Shown: positions 60,701-64,000 of the stretch, piece by piece
How the letters are laid out: each line of letters starts with the position of its first letter
Numbering within the stretch: the stretch's first letter is position 1
From: Balanoglossus misakiensis
Lineage: Eukaryota > Animalia > Hemichordata
Reading direction: 5' to 3'
Assembly (NCBI GenBank): GCA_040954595.2
Contig: CM082583.2
Coordinates: forward strand, 9,747,656 to 9,811,655
DNA: 64,000 nt
The notes under the pieces: generated by a model
The model's input: the letters and a program-made list of their open reading frames with translations, nothing else
Told to the model about the DNA's origin: nothing
Databases searched by the model: none
Position numbers and translations under genes: made by a program

Positions 60701-62426
60701 AGAGAGACGCAGGAGTATTTCATGGGTCTTAATATTCCCATCTACGACATCTATGGAATGAGTGAAAGTTCAGGTAAGTCAGTGCTTGGCTTACCCATGT
60801 TTAAACTTGATTGTGTGTATTTGGTGCCACAGTATCTGGGAATACGGGTCATGACAGGCTGAGAACAAGAGAATTGTGCGATTGAACGTGAGGGGGCGCT
60901 GTCATCTTGGAAGGTGAATCGTTCTTTCGGGATACCAATCCACTCGTCACAAATTAAACTATTCTATGTCATTTTTCTCTTACTGTAAGGTCCCCACACC
61001 ATTTCCTTGCCAAGTGCATTCAGGCTTACGAGTGCAGGAAAAGAATTCCCAGGATCCGCCACTAAACTCGCTGATCCGGACAAAGATGGCAATGGAGAGG
61101 TGAGTTACATGGAAACCATGTTGTTTTCTCAGTTCTTTTATTCTTCATTCTTGATTGTTTTTAGTGCAATATAGTTACCAGTGATGTCACAAAATATAGA
61201 ATATTGTGAACACTTTTTTTGTGAAATAAATGTAGCCAGGCTACAAGCCTGGTCTTACACCATTACTGCACTGTCACTCCTGGTAAATGGCAAAATGTTT
61301 TGTTTCAGATTTGTTACGATGGCCGTCACGTGTTCATGGGTTATCTGAATAATGAAGCGAAAACCAAAGAAGCTATCGACGAGAATGGCTGGCTTCACAG
61401 TGGAGACATTGGCAAGAAAGACGAAAGAGGATTCCTCTTTATCACCGGCAGAATCAAAGGTAAATGCTGATAATAACAATGGCCATTACACTTATACAGA
61501 CTATATTAAAGCTCCATTAACTGTAACTTTCTGGACAGAACACATACTTAAAAGAATCTGACAATATTTAAACTATTAAATTTTTCTTTTAGAAATAATC
61601 ATCACAGCAGGAGGCGAGAATGTCCCACCAGTTCTGATAGAAGACCTTGTGAAGGAAGAAACCAAAATAATCAGTAATTGTATGTTGATTGGCGACAAGA
61701 GAAAATTCCTGTCCATGTTAGTCACCTTAAAAGTACGTATATTTTACAAATGTCTGAGAGTGTCCACCCATATAAACTGCCTGGCCACGCGAGATCTCAC
61801 AGGATCTCGTGGAGTGTGGAAAATAGTGTATTGATGTATACGCTCTTTTTTCTCTCAGTGTGAAATTCATCCAGACACACAAGAACCCAACGACAAGCTC
61901 TCGAGCGAAGGCATCCTGATGGCCAAGCAAGCGGGCAGCAACGCGACCACCGTCTCGGAAGCCAAGGAAGATGAAAAGATTCTCAAGAGTATCGAAGGAG
62001 GAATTGAACGCTACAACAAGAAAGCAACGTCCAGAGCACAAAAGATACAGAAGTTTAAAGTACTCGATGTTGATTTCTCAATACCTGGGGGTGAATTAGG
62101 TAGGTTGTGTTTTGTCTCTGTGAAAGTTGGAAATAATCACACCATTTCAATATTATCATTGTTCTGGAAAAGTTTTGAAACCTTGTGTGACTATGAGCGT
62201 TTCAACTCTTAACCTATTAAATGAAAATAGGGGGACTTTTGCCCCAGATAAATTTACATGTATGTGACACTCTCTGATTAGATGGGCATCAGATGAGTAT
62301 CATGGAAACAGTAACTGATCTGCACTTATTTTTTCCCCATTCCACACAGGTCCAACTCTAAAACTCAAGAGGCACTCAGTGGTCAATAAGTACAATGAAC
62401 TCATCGACTCAATGTATGAAGATTGA
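54711..62426 (+). CDS. ACSBG2: Long-chain-fatty-acid--CoA ligase, bubblegum family (ACSBG1/2-like)
   Basis: Exons 54711-54820, 55036-55214, 56197-56420, 56777-56865, 58215-58416, 58625-58774, 58968-59135, 59503-59684, 60476-60527, 60638-60773, 60990-61099, 61309-61459, 61593-61732, 61859-62099, 62350-62426. Motifs IGFNSPEW, IYTTNSPEAC, LIYTSGTTGNPKGVMLSHDN, FLPLSHVAAQ, YGMSESSGPHT, WLHSGDIG, ITGRIKEIIITAGGENVPP, GGELGPTLKLKR. Confidence 0.95.
59360..59454 (-). mobile_element. ~95-bp TTAA MITE, copy 2 (in an ACSBG intron)
   Basis: Reverse complement ttaacccatattcaccaccatggttcagtccaag...gggaactgggggtgacagggctaa matches 14761-14853. Confidence 0.75.
59719..59802. repeat. Degenerate (TACAA)n pentanucleotide microsatellite
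   Basis: tacaatacaatacaatgcaatacaacatacaa... in an ACSBG intron. Confidence 0.85.
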
Positions 62427-64000
62427 AGCGCTGTGACACTCAAATCTGGATTATAGATGAGACCAAAGAGATGGCAAAGAGAGTGGCTTGAATGATCAGC
62501 TCTAACCGTCTCTCGTCGTAATTGCCATTGTGAAGTTCATCAAAGATAGCAAATGCATTGTATATAATAAAAAAAAAGAATATTGCAATGGAATGGTATA
62601 TAATTTTTGTCATATTCTATTTTTGTTTCCGCTTTTGAAAATGTGTGCTTTTCACTAATCCCCTGAAAACTTTATTGTATTTTTGTGTCTTGGTTGTATT
62701 TGAAAATTTAAGTAAAAGTTCTTTTTTTCCCCAAGAAATTTAAGAATATACCAGTATTAGTGTTTTTCAGCTGAATATGTCACATGTTACTTTTGATAAT
62801 TACAGCTGTCAAAAACCCTATTGTCCAAGCAAAAGTATACATTCGGAATGCAATCTGACCTTTGACCTGTGATGACCATTGTGTCGTATCGATGCTTCAT
62901 TACCATAACAATAAAACATAACATTAGGATGTAGAGCTATAATACCACACTTGCATGTTCTCTTCATAAATAGACAGCGGCAAAAATCTGTCATCACAAT
63001 CCATCTTGATTCCATGCAGAACATCGAAAATTAGCATTTGATATAAACATGCAAGTACCTAGGCATCTATAGCTTTGACAGATACAGTAAACTCCAAGAA
63101 GTTTGCACGTGTACCTGTACAGTTCCACACAGGATCAATAATACTGCCACTTTTCAGATTTTTATTTATCACCTCCATATCAGGGCTTTCCTATAAAAAA
63201 AAATCAAATCCAACACCACCATCTGTTTCTGCAGGTGTTTTGACATCACAACTAATTAATGTAGAGATAAATTGACATAGCCCTCCCCTAATGATAGCAA
63301 TGGTTAGCCCTGACATGGATGCGAGTTTATCATGTTTATATCTACCAAAGATAATATAAACAACAATTACAATGCAGAGTTGATGTACCATTTCAAAGAT
63401 GGTTAATATTTCTGGTGTGCGTTTTGTCTGATCGGATTTGAGTGTGGTTGCATGTTGATGACTTAGTTTTGTGGATAGAATTCCTCCAATGACAAAAAAA
63501 TATAAAATATATAGAGTTGTAAATATGCAATAAAAGAAATATGAAGGCTGTAAACTGTGGGAGATGATATGTATATATGAATGGTAAAAACCACTCATTG
63601 ATGTGTAGCGCAGTTTGCATCAATTGTCTTTTGCACATTAAGAACACAACAAAGTTGTCAATGTTCAGTTGCACTCATTGCTGCATGTATTGCACTGTAG
63701 CTGTTTAGATATGTTTACAATGGTTTTGACGTAACCGAACACTGCCAACCAGTGTCCATTTGATTTGCACTTTAGTTTATCTGTTCGGATGTAAATGGTT
63801 GTATAGACCTATGATTTAGACAGTTTGCATTGCATTTGAATAATTATTTAAATTTGATCCAAGTCCATACCACACATGCAGAGATTTTAAGTTTGATATA
63901 AAAGTCTACCAAAAAAATTACCAAAGAATAAGAAATGTTTTTGGATGAAAAGAGCCATATACCTCCGGAGTAAAGAAAATATTAGTTTCTACCAAGATTT

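Overview
Eukaryotic (animal) genomic DNA from an AT-rich, compact, intron-rich genome. It is probably a marine invertebrate bilaterian, possibly a non-vertebrate deuterostome; the taxon is an inference. Exons were assembled by hand from GT-AG splice sites and reading-frame phase, giving nine protein-coding genes: TNFAIP8/TIPE (+), an MTMR10/11/12-type inactive myotubularin (-), NAA35/MAK10 (-), TPGS2 (+), PIK3C3/Vps34 (-), an unrecognised 236-aa tail-anchored membrane protein (+), MTHFS (-), an EPHX3/4-type epoxide hydrolase (+) and an ACSBG long-chain acyl-CoA synthetase (+). There are three head-to-head gene pairs with short shared promoters and two tail-to-tail junctions with facing poly(A) signals. 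Small non-autonomous transposons (a TA-flanked MITE, a TTAA MITE in two copies, HINE/DINE-1-like elements) and microsatellites are also present. No tRNA, rRNA or CRISPR was seen. The best novel candidates are the orphan tail-anchored gene, a frame-preserving 27-nt microexon in ACSBG, a probable start codon split by an intron in TNFAIP8, and a phosphoinositide/endolysosomal gene neighbourhood.
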